A stretch of DNA of 62,291 nt, counting the filler, from Globobulimina sp. (taxonomy: Eukaryota), in assembly GCA_003354225.1 (NCBI GenBank). It is 30 parts of 30 records of this genome, joined end to end, with 100 filler letters (N's around TTAATTAATTAA, not from the genome) between each part and the next. Parts side by side here need not be neighbours in the genome. Positions count along the whole stretch, not along the records: positions 1 to 1,982 come from PIVH01010020.1; positions 2,083 to 4,064 come from PIVH01010021.1; positions 4,165 to 6,146 come from PIVH01010022.1; positions 6,247 to 8,228 come from PIVH01010023.1; positions 8,329 to 10,310 come from PIVH01010024.1; positions 10,411 to 12,392 come from PIVH01010025.1; positions 12,493 to 14,474 come from PIVH01010026.1; 23 more parts are not named here. One strand, written 5' to 3'. This document shows positions 1 to 12,653 of the stretch, in pieces. Position 1 is the stretch's first letter, and each line of letters begins with the position of its first letter. The position numbers and the translations under genes were made by a program. The notes below the pieces were generated by a model. It did no database searches and was not told the DNA's origin. It was given only the letters and a program-made list of their open reading frames with translations.

Positions 1-101
1 TCTTGTGTGTAGCGTTTGATGAGTCACATGAAAATGATGTTTTGTGCCTGAAGGAAAATTTTTAATGTGAAAACACTGAAGAAAAATGCTAAATTTTAAT
101 C

Positions 102-1490
102 TCATGGGCAGAGTGTGTTTGGAAACGTATGATTTGGAGAGATATCATGATGTTGTTTGAATTGGTCAATGACTTTCTTTATAGCTTTGATATGATACCA
201 TTGTAAGAATGCAAATGGTGTATTTCCTTTTCTAACACTTTTCAATCCGAATTGAGCAGAATGTGAGTCTGTAGACATGACGCGATTCAAAACATCTCTG
301 TCCGTCACCTTTGCTGTCCATAATAATTTATCATACATTTGCATCAAAATCTCATATGAATCACTTTTTAAATATTCATATTTGATACAAAATGGCACAT
401 TATACTTTCTGATACATATGGCAGCCATGTCCATTTGACAGATCCAATGCAATGCAATATATTCAGCAAAATATTGGAAACTGTTCAGTTGCTTCGGAAT
501 GTGTCCGAATTTGTAATTACATATCATTGCAACACTCATTTGATCATTGAACATCATTTTACCAAGAAATAACTGGATCAAACACATCTTCTCAGCCAAA
601 TACACAACTGTATTAAATCTGAACAGACCATATCGAATATTAGAGAATATTCCCAACATTGAATCAATTTGGTCATTACTGCTGCGATAGAGGTAAATGT
701 GATGGATGGCAGGGAATGTTTCGCAGATTAGGTCCATTAACCATGTCATCTGAGATGCTTCTTTAAACACAATCTTCTTCTGCTTTGATTGACCAATCAA
801 CCCAACAATGAACGATTTAATGCAAATTTTGAGCAATAATTTCAACTTTTTCTTATTAATATTTGTATTGTTGACATTCCATGCAAGCATACGCAATATA
901 TTGGTTTCATTAATAATCAGCACATCGTTGGAGACAGCAGACATTAATTTGGTCAATAAATTACTCCCACACCTGCCCATATTATGCACAAATGCAATGT
1001 TACTATATTTAACCTCAATTTCATTGAGTACATCCGATACAGTTTGATAGTCAATAGTGATTAATCTATTTTCAGCGTAACGTAATTGTGTCAAATAAAA
1101 AAATGCCATTTTATTATCGTTAATGTTCGCTGTTTTATTCAAAAATGTAAACAAAATAGTGTTACCTTCCATGCTGTATGGCAGCAATCTCGTGTTATCG
1201 CTCAGTAAAAGCTCTTTGAATTTATGCGATGATATTTTGGTAGCTTTCGCAGATTTATTTGCTACAAAATCTTTCAAACGCATTTCGCTCGTTATGTTCT
1301 TCACTTTGAATTTGGGAGATTCTATTTTGTCAAACAGTAATATCTCTTTGTTAGAAACAGTACCGTCCAAATGAATAGTGCGTTGGTTCGTCATTTGGCG
1401 CATTTTATTCCTTAACCAATACGATACAAGACAGATCAACGCAATGAGTAGCAGTAATCCAACGATCAATGACGCAAACATCAAAAACAT
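102..1490 (-). CDS. Membrane-anchored P-loop sulfotransferase-like protein
   Basis: 462 aa ORF with N-terminal TM; FVHNMGRCGSNLL resembles the 5'-PSB loop, IYLYRS...IDS the 3'-PB motif, plus IKYEYL. Confidence 0.65.
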   Translation of the reverse strand: MFLMFASLIVGLLLLIALICLVSYWLRNKMRQMTNQRTIHLDGTVSNKEILLFDKIESPKFKVKNITSEMRLKDFVANKSAKATKISSHKFKELLLSDNTRLLPYSMEGNTILFTFLNKTANINDNKMAFFYLTQLRYAENRLITIDYQTVSDVLNEIEVKYSNIAFVHNMGRCGSNLLTKLMSAVSNDVLIINETNILRMLAWNVNNTNINKKKLKLLLKICIKSFIVGLIGQSKQKKIVFKEASQMTWLMDLICETFPAIHHIYLYRSSNDQIDSMLGIFSNIRYGLFRFNTVVYLAEKMCLIQLFLGKMMFNDQMSVAMICNYKFGHIPKQLNSFQYFAEYIALHWICQMDMAAICIRKYNVPFCIKYEYLKSDSYEILMQMYDKLLWTAKVTDRDVLNRVMSTDSHSAQFGLKSVRKGNTPFAFLQWYHIKAIKKVIDQFKQHHDISPNHTFPNTLCP

Positions 1491-1982
1491 GTTGAAATAA
1501 CTAAATATGGTTGATAATTAAAATAAAAATAGGAGTTATGATCAAGGCAGCTGCTGTAATATCTTTGAAATACACAATTTCCAATCTCAGACCTTTTGAG
1601 AGTTGACATGATCAAAGTGGCGTTTTTCTAGCACTAGATTGGAGAACCATACAAGGCATATTGTGCTTCGAAATATTATATCAAATAAATTAATGATGAA
1701 AAAATGAAATCATGAAATATCGGAATAATGTGTGAATGACAGTAATTCCATGTTTGATATCATTAAATACGAATAAATCTAAATAGCTATAGTCTGTTTT
1801 TATTTAAATGCAGCCAGTGTTAGATGCCTTTCCCAAGGGTCAATCAATTGCAGCTGTATACAATAGTGTAAAGCATCCATGCATAATTCGGCATGGAACT
1901 ATCTATTTTTAAGCAAGCAATTATCTATTTTTAAGAGACAGATCACAAAATGTGTATTTGGGACAGTATAGAGCACATAGCG

Positions 1983-2082
1983 NNNNNNNNNNNNNNNNNN
2001 NNNNNNNNNNNNNNNNNNNNNNNNNNTTAATTAATTAANNNNNNNNNNNNNNNNNNNNNNNNNNNNNNNNNNNNNNNNNNNN
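1983..2082. other. Artificial contig spacer N44-TTAATTAATTAA-N44, repeated 29 times about every 2.08 kb; the window is 30 concatenated contigs
   Basis: Identical spacer with stops in all six frames; contig lengths fall from 1982 to 1978 bp (size-sorted). Confidence 0.99.
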
Positions 2083-4064
2083 TTATCGCTTGGCAAGTTT
2101 TTGGAGATGGAATTTTATGCTTTGCCGCCCGTTATTTCGTCATGTAAGCACAAGGGGAATATGGTGAAATGTTTTGGGTGGAATGACGAGACCAACAATA
2201 CCGGCGATATGGTGATCGAGATTGATAATATTATAAAACAGCCCTACACAGTGTTCACCGCTGCGAATATTACCACCGCATGCACCAAAAATGACGCTGG
2301 CGGCTTGCAATTCAAATATTATACCAACGAGTTGAATATCTTGGAATTAGTCAGTAAGTACACCTTTGCTGCGTTTTTAGTGAAAATTGATGAATTGATT
2401 GGCTTGATTGGTAATTACGACATCATCACCAAAGATTTGCACAAATTGCGACAAGAAGTCAACGACGAATGCGAACAAATTGCCACACAGTTTATAGACC
2501 ATCGCGATTATTTATACGTTTGTAAAACAAAGCGAGTGGATAAAGCAAATACGATCGCATTTTTAAATAGAAAACGCTATCATTTATATCGAATATCGTC
2601 GGAATGGAATGAAGTTTTGGATGGTTTGCGCGGATTATTTGTACCTAACAATCAGTCCTCCACTACCATTGACAATGCGAACCGATGGATGAAGAAATTC
2701 AAAGCGCCCTTCAAAGGCTTGCGGGCCACATTGAATACCACTAATATTCGCGACGAGTTTGAGGAGAATGACAAATTATTAGTGTCTGCTTTGCAGGAAG
2801 TCGATAATCAAATTGCCAATGCCGTTGCTGCAGTGCGTGGGGACAACAGCAGCGGGGATAATACACCAAATAACATGGCATTGCTTCGAAAAACAAAATC
2901 GGCAAATAACATATTTGCAAATGATAATGAGATATATGATAATAATGACGATGAGAATGGTAATAAGTCATTTAGCAATTTATTAGGTTTGCAAAGTCGT
3001 AAGCAAACCAATGCGGATTTTGAACATATTATCGATGTGATATCGCCACGAATGCGAGATGTGTCATTTATGGTTGATTTTAATGCCATGTTTGAAGAAC
3101 ATTTGACGCAAAATCCGTTAAATAAAGCAAACCAAAATAATCCATATAATATGTCATTAAAAATACCAAATGCTTTTGCTGTGGAACAGAAATATAATAA
3201 TTTGGATGTGGATGAAATCAAACAAGAGAGAATAGCGACTATTACACCACCAATGCATGAAGGTATCAGTCCGTATAAATCGTTCGGATTTGCAGGGAAT
3301 TCGCCAAATAATGACAAAAGTAGTAATCATAAATTAGGATTACCTGCTAAGCCCAAACAGTTAGATGCAGCAACATCAGGCAGTTCAGGACAATCATCAT
3401 CGTATTTAACAATGTCACCGAAAAATAATACAAATATGCCAATATCAACCACATTATTCCCAAACGCAGATACCAAAGCAAAAAGTGCCAAAAATAAGAA
3501 TATTGTAATTACCAACAACAATATGCCGATAACAATGCAGAATGTGACCTTAAATGATGTGGATATGGAACGGTTAAAAGCAGAGAGTTTATTTTTAGTG
3601 TCCGCCTGTTTAGAGAATAGCTGTGATATTGGCAGTAATCCGAATTATGCGCATTTAAATTTGCCCAAATGTTTTAACCAAACTATAATTCCGATATATT
3701 GTGATGAGCCATCTGCAGTCATCGCATACACATTATCTTCATTGGAATACCACTGTTTAATGAATAATATCCCCACTGAAAATATACGATCTTGCCGACA
3801 AAGAGGCGATCCCTCGGTGAAAGAGTTAGAAAATATGGTGAAACAGAGACAAATCAATAAAAGATTAAAAATCAAAACCGAATTACAAATCCGATCCAAA
3901 TCGAATCACGGCAAGTTATACACAAACAAACAGAGCCAAAGTAAAAGCCAAACGGAGCTGGAACAGAAAATAAGTGATATAAATATGGCAGATTTGGAGA
4001 AACAAATTGATAATGAAATAGCTTTAGACGACTTATTGCATCATATACCAAAATTAAAACATGT
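2083..4064 (+). CDS. FAB1: 1-phosphatidylinositol-3-phosphate 5-kinase FAB1/PIKfyve, internal fragment
   Basis: SLGKFLEMEFY...CKH and IPIYCDEPSAVIAYTLSSLEY match conserved Fab1 segments upstream of the kinase domain; open at both contig ends. Confidence 0.8.
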
Positions 4065-4541
4065 NNNNNNNNNNNNNNNNNNNNNNNNNNNNNNNNNNNN
4101 NNNNNNNNTTAATTAATTAANNNNNNNNNNNNNNNNNNNNNNNNNNNNNNNNNNNNNNNNNNNNTTGATTTCTTATTTTTTTTTTTATTTTTTTTTAGCA
4201 ATATTTTATTGTTGTGAGTTTATATCTATTTCCATAAACTTCTCAACTCGTTTTTTTAATATTATGAGGAGGACGCAATTAAGCAATAATGATATATATA
4301 GCATATAGCAATGTGCATGTGCATGTTTATAATTATTTTATAAATTATACCTAAAAACCAAACTTTTGTACTATATTTGGTAATTTGTTCAAAGCCTTTC
4401 AAATCAAGATTATATTCACGAAAGCTCAGAAATAAAAGTATAGCGAAGTTAGGCATAGCATGAAAGCGCTAGCATCAACAAAAAAAAAGTATGAAATGAA
4501 AGTATACTACAAACAAAAACGTAATCAAATTTACAATGTTC

Positions 4542-6146
4542 TTAATACCCTTTTAACATTTTACAATATTTTTTAATATGAGCTTTGCATTGTTGTTGAA
4601 ATGATCTTAATTCAAATTCATGAAAACATTTTGGATAAATGCAAAATTCAAATAAATATCCATTGAATAAATTTTTTATAGTTTGCGTATCGCCAAAAGT
4701 GCATTTATGTCCCAATAATATATACGATGATTTCTTAAGATTTAATAAATTTGTACGATTTATCTCATCCACAAACAACGTCAGTTGTCTTCCATTCAAC
4801 GAACAGAATATTTTATGATTATTAATATTGAATGATATTATTAAACAATTAACTTTTGTTGGTTTATTTGACTTTATTGTCTTCCGAAATATTTCAATAA
4901 ATTGACTTCCTGAATTGATTGAAAATATTTTTAATACCAATTCCTGACCAATTAATTTATTGTCCTCCGCATCATAGTTATTCTCAATGGAAATATCAAT
5001 ACAATTTTGTTTAAATAGCAACGTCGCCTTTTCGTTTTTATTGCTCATTGGATGGGCAAAACACAAATATAACGTCCAAATGTCTGCTAACTCCACCACT
5101 GATTTGCCAGTTTCATTTCCATTCGAATTATAATTTGTAATTAATGGCTTCAAATCTATTTTCACCGCGACATCTTTATTACCTCTCTGGTTCTCATACC
5201 TTTGAATATTATCAAAGCATAGCCCGCCATTCTGAATTATGGGCATTCTTATTTTAGCATTGCATTGCAGCAATACATTGTTATTCGTCAATGATTTGCC
5301 CATATTTATAATGGGTGATCTATAAAACGGATATCGTAATAACGACGGAATTAACACATCCAATCTTATAATTCCATACAAATCCAAATCGTCACCGGGC
5401 GAGGCACCAAATTTAAAATTGCCAACGCCACAAATACCATTTTCTAAGATATCCACTTTGCTTTTTTTATCAGTTAACAGCGAATAAATACCATTTTTAT
5501 GTTTATCCACAAAAAATCCCGAATTGCGTATAAAATTCATTCCATTCTTATGACAATTCTCATCATCCAACCATTTAAACCATGTCGGTTTGCTCAATAA
5601 ATTGCTATCTTGCATCACAATTAAATCATCAGTCAATATATAATCGTCCAAATACGAGATTTTATCCGCAATCCACGAATATATGGCCAAACCGTTGAAT
5701 TTATTTGCAATGGTTTTCGATTCTGCCTCTTGTAAATCAGCAGATATCCATCGCCTTACCCGATAGGTATATATTCTGTGACCGTTATACACATCATACG
5801 AAGCACCGATATCTTTATAGAAATCATAAATGAAATCAGGCACTTGCGTCAATAGCGCATCTTCATCGTCATTCATTTTATTATCATCACTGTCATATTC
5901 CGTTTTATTGACAGATAAGGTTTTATCCGTCCATTCTTTCCATAAAATCTCGGTTTTCTCATCCAAATCATTTACATCTTCCAATGCATCAAATTCCAAA
6001 TCGGCGCCCATTTGATGATAAAACAAACACGTCCATGTCAATGGATATGCCAATGAGTGCTTCGGATTGCCACTGTCGACGCCTATAAACTTTAAATAAT
6101 AATTATTCAAATATTCCTGCAATGAGTTACTGGCAAACAAAGCATG
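4542..6146 (-). CDS. Hypothetical protein, 5'-partial, with possible C-terminal concanavalin A/LamG-like domain
   Basis: 532 aa ORF; C-terminal ILLGHK...FNGYLFEFCIYPKCF resembles the end of a LamG-3 fold. Confidence 0.5.
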   Translation of the reverse strand, partial: HALFASNSLQEYLNNYYLKFIGVDSGNPKHSLAYPLTWTCLFYHQMGADLEFDALEDVNDLDEKTEILWKEWTDKTLSVNKTEYDSDDNKMNDDEDALLTQVPDFIYDFYKDIGASYDVYNGHRIYTYRVRRWISADLQEAESKTIANKFNGLAIYSWIADKISYLDDYILTDDLIVMQDSNLLSKPTWFKWLDDENCHKNGMNFIRNSGFFVDKHKNGIYSLLTDKKSKVDILENGICGVGNFKFGASPGDDLDLYGIIRLDVLIPSLLRYPFYRSPIINMGKSLTNNNVLLQCNAKIRMPIIQNGGLCFDNIQRYENQRGNKDVAVKIDLKPLITNYNSNGNETGKSVVELADIWTLYLCFAHPMSNKNEKATLLFKQNCIDISIENNYDAEDNKLIGQELVLKIFSINSGSQFIEIFRKTIKSNKPTKVNCLIISFNINNHKIFCSLNGRQLTLFVDEINRTNLLNLKKSSYILLGHKCTFGDTQTIKNLFNGYLFEFCIYPKCFHEFELRSFQQQCKAHIKKYCKMLKGY

Positions 6147-6246
6147 NNNNNNNNNNNNNNNNNNNNNNNNNNNNNNNNNNNNNNNNNNNNTTAATTAATT
6201 AANNNNNNNNNNNNNNNNNNNNNNNNNNNNNNNNNNNNNNNNNNNN

Positions 6247-6388
6247 CTATATTCAAATCTGTGCGCTTTTTCTTTTTTTTCTTTTGTTTGTTTAAAAAGG
6301 CATAGTAACACATTCCAGCTACAATCACGAACAATGCTATAGTAAATACTAATTCTGCGGAGAGTTCGCAAGAGAAGGCGTCAAACAT
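6247..6388 (-). CDS. N-terminal fragment of a membrane-anchored protein
   Basis: ATG, hydrophobic helix, then poly-Lys; runs off the contig. Confidence 0.4.
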
Positions 6389-6692
6389 GGCGGTAAAAAG
6401 TTAAGTCTGTTCATCAATTAAAAAAATGAAAACTTTTTCCAACATTCCATAGACTGCAGCAACATTAACACAAGCAATGAAACGAAGAATTGGAAGGATT
6501 GGCAATTCACGTTTGCGATTTGTTGAGTATTTTGTGAAACTAACACTAATCAAATGATCTCCATATATACACACGGCAATAAAAACAACTTAAAAGGATA
6601 TTTAAAAAAAATAAACGAATCGTCAACATCTTTATGGTTAAGTATTCCACAGCATTCTCTCAATAATACCCATATATCACACCACGTACAGC

Positions 6693-7911
6693 TTGCTACG
6701 CATCTTACGCTCCCCTTATTTCTTATTATTGGTTATTGTGGCCGCATTTGTCTTTATCGGAGTCAAATTAATTAATGACATAAATTCCAATGAAAATGTG
6801 GCCAACACAAGTTCAGAAAAGGACAAGCAAATAGCAACCGAGATGACAGCCCCTTTGTACCGCAGCAACAAACCATTACGTATGATATTAACAATTGCAA
6901 CCAACATAGAACCGCAACGTACATATTTACTTTTATCTTCCTTTCGAAGATGGCACCCTTTATCAGACACACACGACAACAAAATATATCAACTCTATCT
7001 ATTTACAAAATTCTCAGAGGAAAAATATTTTGTTGAATTGCAAAGAATGGCTGATTTTTTCAGCATTAATCTGGTCGATATGGACCCTATCGAGCAAGCA
7101 TTGGACAAAACATATTTACAATTGTTTGATATTCGAATGAAATACATCAAGATAAATAAGCGTAGATTCTTTATCTTATTCCATTGGCTCAACGCTTTTA
7201 ACAATCCCAAAGACATTGACGCCATCTTCCTATCCGATGCTAACGATGTTAAATTTCAAGTTAGTTATTATATTTGCTTTGCACTGCCACACAATCCTTG
7301 CACTCCCATTGTCAAAGGGGAACATATTCAGTTTGTACGACTCCACAATGGACGCGAATGGGATGAGCTTATCGTTGGAGGATGATATTTTTTGGTTTTT
7401 TATGGAGAATCCGGACGTAAAAATGGATGGAGAAAAATGGAACAGGAGATATATAAAATATTGCTTTGGCAATGAGAGCATTGCATTGTATCATGATTTG
7501 CATGTTTCGTGCAGTGGCACTTCGTTGGCGACTTATAAAGCGATGTTTTATTATTTGCAAGCTATGAATGAGTTGTTGATAGAACAAGGACCGCTGTTTT
7601 ATGATTGTTTGAGGAAGCCAGGGGATCAGGCTTTGCATAATATTATTTTGCATAAAAAGTTGTTGTTAGAGAAGGATCGGAATATTAAAATTATCAGGAT
7701 ACCAAATGATAGTGGATGGATATTGCAAATAACCACAATGATAAACCATCCAGTTTGGAGCAAAAAAGTACCGCAATTAGCACGGGAGGCAATGGTGGTA
7801 CATCAGTGGAAATGGGCAAGGAGTGTCAAGGCTGAATTCGAAAAGGAATACAATTATGCTGCGTTTTGCAGTCAACAAGGCTGGACTCCATGCACTGCGT
7901 CTAAGTCATAA
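6693..7911 (+). CDS. Type II membrane GT-A-like glycosyltransferase; intron 7260-7317; start uncertain
   Basis: TM anchor, IFLSDANDVKFQ, GDQALHNIIL and VVHQW motifs; a 58-nt GTTAGT...AAG intron joins the two ORFs in frame. Confidence 0.7.
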
Positions 7912-7979
7912 AAATAATGTATCGAATATTTTCTTCTAGTTCAAAAAAAAAAAAGCTTTTCCGAAAAAACTTTTCTTTA

Positions 7980-8228
7980 ATGGCAGAGAGAAAAGAAGCA
8001 AAACAAGAAGAAGAACAAGAACAAGAAGAAGAAGAAGATGAAGAGGAACAAGAAGTGGAAGTATCAGCAGCACCACCAATAGTATTAGACAACGGTGGTG
8101 GTTTATTGAAAGCAGGTTTATGTACAGCATCTCGCCCATATGTGTTGCCATCAATAGTGGGCTATCCAAAACATTTACGTGTAATGTTATCCTCCGCATC
8201 GACAGACAAATATTTTGGCAATTTAGTA
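7980..8228 (+). CDS. ARP1: Actin-related protein (ARP1/centractin-like), 5' fragment with acidic extension
   Basis: PIVLDNGGGLLKAG...PSIVGYPKHLRVM resembles centractin (RPKHVRVM). Confidence 0.65.
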
Positions 8229-8485
8229 NNNNNNNNNNNNNNNNNNNNNNNNNNNNNNNNNNNNNNNNNNNNTTAATTAATTAANNNNNNNNNNNNNNNN
8301 NNNNNNNNNNNNNNNNNNNNNNNNNNNNTTTTTATCCAACATAATCATGAAATGATCACATAAATGATAATCAATGCATTTATTGTATTATTATTATGCC
8401 TGTCAAAGCGCCGTCCAAACTTTACATTGCGTTAAAAAAAAAACAGTAAAGTTATCACACTTAAACTACAATCTTTTATGTTGAC

Positions 8486-9262
8486 TCATTTTTTTAATTC
8501 CTTAATTTGATCAACATATTTAGTTCCGTATGAGGTGAGCATTGCATTTGATATGTTATTTGCCGGATAAAATCCAAATAACAAATGTACCAAAACAAAT
8601 GCAAATTCCAACGCTGTTCCTGGTCCTTGTGATGTCACCACTGTCGACAACCCATCCGTTTGAGCAATGACAACAGCTTCATTTTCATATTTTGCACCAT
8701 TGTCCATTAAAAGTTGCTTAAATTTATCAACAGGATAACAAGTTGCATTCAATCCTTTTAATATCCCACTTTGTGCTAATACCACAGCTGGAGATGCACA
8801 GATTGCACCTAATATGAAATTTGGATCAGTTAAATTATTATTAATTAATGATATTAATGTTTTATCGTTATATAAATTGGAGGCGCCGGGCATGCCGCCG
8901 GGCAGAGCAATCATATCAAATTTTGTGCATTCTTTTATAACATCTTCTAATGCGGAATCACCAACAATCTGCGGCATAATTCAAATCAAATGCATTTTAT
9001 ATTATATATTTTATTGGAGACGTTTCTCATACCTTTGTTTTGCGTGATGCTATGATTTGCTTTTTACCGCCAACAGTGGCAACTGTCAACTGCAATGCAT
9101 AATTGTTTAAGTATTTGTATTTTTAAATAATTTAAACCTAACATTGACTGCTTTTGTTCTTCTCAATACATCGATTATTGTGATAGCTTCAAGATCTTCT
9201 GATCCATCGGCAACGCAGACCAATATATTTGGCTCATTTTCTTGTTTCTTTTCTTCAGACAT
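8486..9262 (-). CDS. DJ-1/PfpI (YajL-like) protein; introns 9090-9142 and 8969-9032
   Basis: ADGSEDLEAITIIDVLRR, LPGGMPGA, GAICASPA and TSQGPGTA motifs; splicing restores the frame. Confidence 0.92.
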
Positions 9263-9363
9263 GACCTCTATTTGGAGACGAGTCACACTGAAGATATAAG
9301 CAGATAAATAAGCCCCACCCCACAAACGTTTACTTTTCAATTGCATCGTTGAATGAGGCAAAT

Positions 9364-10233
9364 ATGGACTTGGAAAATAAATCAAATGATGAATATAGAA
9401 ATGATTACGTTGTTGTATATGACAATAAATCAATGTCATACCAACAATTTGTACAAAAGCATTTATTAAGAAACAAACCATGCATAATAAAGAATATTGT
9501 TCATAATAACAACAATAAAAATTGGAATATTTATGATAAATGGTTAGAACATGATGATAATAATAAACCTGTTCTTAATTATAAATACTTGACAAACAAA
9601 TATGGAGACACTAAAATAGATGTTGCTTATTGTGGTAATAAATCATATTCAGACCAAAAAAGAACACAAATGCAATTAAAAGATTATCTGAAATATATTG
9701 CGAAAAACGATGAAGAAAAACATTCGAATGTTAATGAAAATATTAAAAATTTAAATAAATGGTTGCATGATATAAAACAGTTTAAACTGAGCCCATTTGA
9801 CCCACAGTGGACATCACATATTTTATATTGTAAAGATTGGGACATTGTTCGTGATTTAAAACCAGACATTGCCATTTATCAAACTCCATTTCTTTTTTCC
9901 GATGATTGGTTAAATTATTATTGGCATACAAAAGCTACAAATGATTATAAATTTTGTTATTTGGGACCTGCGTTTAGTTGGACTCCGTTGCATTATGATG
10001 TACATGCTTCGTACAGTTGGAGTGCTAATATAATGGGGAAAAAATTATGGATTTTATTTGATCCAAATGAGTCTAAATATTATCTCAAAAACACAAAACG
10101 AAATGAATGGATTTATAATTTATTGTCATTGATTGACAATGATGAAGCACTCAATAATTATAATGTTAACTCTTATAAATTGTGCAACCAATTAAATATT
10201 ATCAGCATTGAAAAGAGAATACAAAATCTTTGA
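9364..10233 (+). CDS. JMJD4: JmjC 2OG-Fe(II) oxygenase JMJD4-like, 3' end missing or spliced
   Basis: YCKDW, DDWLNYYW, DYKFCYLGPAFSWTPLHYDV.SYSWSANIMGKKLW; distal His ligand not seen. Confidence 0.85.
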   Translation: MDLENKSNDEYRNDYVVVYDNKSMSYQQFVQKHLLRNKPCIIKNIVHNNNNKNWNIYDKWLEHDDNNKPVLNYKYLTNKYGDTKIDVAYCGNKSYSDQKRTQMQLKDYLKYIAKNDEEKHSNVNENIKNLNKWLHDIKQFKLSPFDPQWTSHILYCKDWDIVRDLKPDIAIYQTPFLFSDDWLNYYWHTKATNDYKFCYLGPAFSWTPLHYDVHASYSWSANIMGKKLWILFDPNESKYYLKNTKRNEWIYNLLSLIDNDEALNNYNVNSYKLCNQLNIISIEKRIQNL

Positions 10234-10410
10234 TTGTTTGCACGATTTATTATTCTATTAAGGGAGCATGTCAAAACAATGTGATCGGTCAAGGTAGGGA
10301 TAGACATTATNNNNNNNNNNNNNNNNNNNNNNNNNNNNNNNNNNNNNNNNNNNNTTAATTAATTAANNNNNNNNNNNNNNNNNNNNNNNNNNNNNNNNNN
10401 NNNNNNNNNN

Positions 10411-11078
10411 GAATGGCACCGAAATTGCCTTTATGTTGCTTACACAGAGAACCATTGGAACATGAATTATTTCCTACAAATACAAATATTGATAATATTA
10501 ATGATTGCAATATTGTAAAGTTTGCAGATTACTCCAAGAAATATGGAATTGGCTATATTTTATCCAATGGGTTTACGGGTTGTTTATTTAATGATAATTC
10601 ATCACTTTTAACGCCAAGCAAAGCAAACTCCGAATTCATTTATCATATTGATGTCAAACATAAATTAACCAAATACGAAAGAAAACAATTTATTCACTTT
10701 ATTAAGAAAACAGAGAATAATGCATTAAAAAAAAGATTTGATATTTTTGCACAAATTAGAGCTGTTTTGTGGCAAACTCATAAAACGGACGACAACCTCC
10801 ATAAAGATAACGATAAAGAAAACCAAAACGACATTGTCTATCTTCGCAAATGGAAACGAACAGAATACGCTGTCATCTTTAAGATGAATAACCAAATGAC
10901 ACAGGTTACGTTTACTGATGACACCATGATAATAATTCGACCAAAACTACAATTCAGATTTATTCAACAAAAGGAAGGCATATTTCAGGAATATTGTTCA
11001 TATAAAGGCTTTTTGCAAAGAGCACCGAAATCAATGCAAGTATATTTAGAACATATTCAAAAAACATGTAAAGAATAA
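10411..11078 (+). CDS. PLK: Polo-like kinase, C-terminal polo boxes (5'-partial)
   Basis: VKFADYSKKYGIGYILSNG..GCLFNDNS (PB1) and VYLRKWKRTEYAVIFKMNN..TQVTFTD (PB2). Confidence 0.85.
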
Positions 11079-11285
11079 ATTAATGTAATTATTATAATAG
11101 TAATAGTGTATTGTATGCGTATAAAGTATAACTGAACCAAATGTAAACAACTTATCGACCAGGGATATATCGTTTAATTATTCATTTAAAAATTGTCCGT
11201 TCCTTGCACCAAAAAAAACTCTCCTTCAATACATCAAGTTGCACTTTAATTGCATCCTTTCACTACAAAATAATTGTTATTAATT

Positions 11286-12392
11286 ATGGTATGTGCCTTT
11301 CAATAGTCTGAAAATATGAATTTTTAAATGTCAACCAAATAATTTTGAATTAGAGCAATCAACAACAACCACCCAATGAAGACCAAATATTTCACAATTT
11401 AATCAAATGCATTGAAATGACTCAAAGTGGTGATGCACAATTCATAAAACAAGGAGAGAACGCATTAGAATCACAGCACCAATGCCCCCGATTTGGTGTA
11501 TTATTATTAAAGTTATTAACCCAAAATAACATCAGCAACAACATTAAATTAGGCGCGTCCATTTATTTCAAAAATTACGTGAAAAAATACTGGGGCAAAG
11601 ACGAGGAAATTATATCCAACTCAGATCAGGATTTTATTAAAACTGCAATAGTCCGTGTTATGTTGCAAGCTGATAAGCATACACAGCGATTATTGTCGCA
11701 AGCAATTACAATCATCGCATCTCACGATTTCTATACCAAATGGGACACTCTATTACCAGTTAAATATATATCTCCGTTTACGAAACACAACACAACACAA
11801 GTTACACAACCAATGCATTATAGGAATTAATCGAGAAATTGAAGACTGAACAGAATTTTGAGAACATTTGTGGTGTGTTACAAATAATAGAATCGATAAC
11901 CTGTCGATATCCGGACAAAGAGAAAGACATAACAATGATAAATGAAATCAAATATATATTAGAATTATTCCAAGATATTTGGTTGCAGATATTGGCAAAA
12001 TGGAGTGCACCAATTGTTGAATCATTTGGTGCTGAGAATAATGATAAGATATTATCGGATGGCAAGGATGGTATCAATCAAATAAAGCATTCGATATTAT
12101 GCATAGAACAGTTAATATTAATATTTTTTGATTTAAATAGTGTGGATTTAATCGCATTTTTCGAGAATAAAATGAGTTCATGGGCCAAAATCTACGAAGC
12201 TTTGCTTAAAACCAATGACAAGCGCAACATATTTGGCACTTGCGACGATAGTCCAGGTCCAATCGACAGATTACGCACTGCCATCGTACGAGCACTTAAA
12301 TTGTTTAATAGTAAATACGAGGAAGAATACAGTAAATATGTGCCGACATTTGTGAATAATGTCTGTTCCCTATTAACGACCATAAAATTACT
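11286..12392 (+). CDS. CSE1: Exportin-2/CSE1, 5' part; introns 11289-11353 (directly after the ATG) and 11759-11823
   Basis: IBN_N motif ASIYFKNYVKKYW, IASHDFYTKWDTLLP, FFDLNSVDLIAFFE, KYEEEY; both introns keep the frame. Confidence 0.85.
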
Positions 12393-12653
12393 NNNNNNNN
12401 NNNNNNNNNNNNNNNNNNNNNNNNNNNNNNNNNNNNTTAATTAATTAANNNNNNNNNNNNNNNNNNNNNNNNNNNNNNNNNNNNNNNNNNNNTAAAGCTT
12501 TTAACAGAAAAAAAAAGGTGTTCGTTAAAATAAAGTGAAATGAAACAATGGTAAAAAGAAATGAAAAAAAACTAAAAAAGTCTTTCTGTTATTCCAAACA
12601 CGGACAAACTTGCACCAAATTAGCAAAAAACAAGCATGCAATCTCCGCAAAAT

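Noticed and set aside
1900..1934. Short direct repeat TATCTATTTTTAAG (similar cases near 43040-43100 and 59325-59385)
   Set aside because: Only two or three copies in AT-rich DNA; a local duplication with no further structure.
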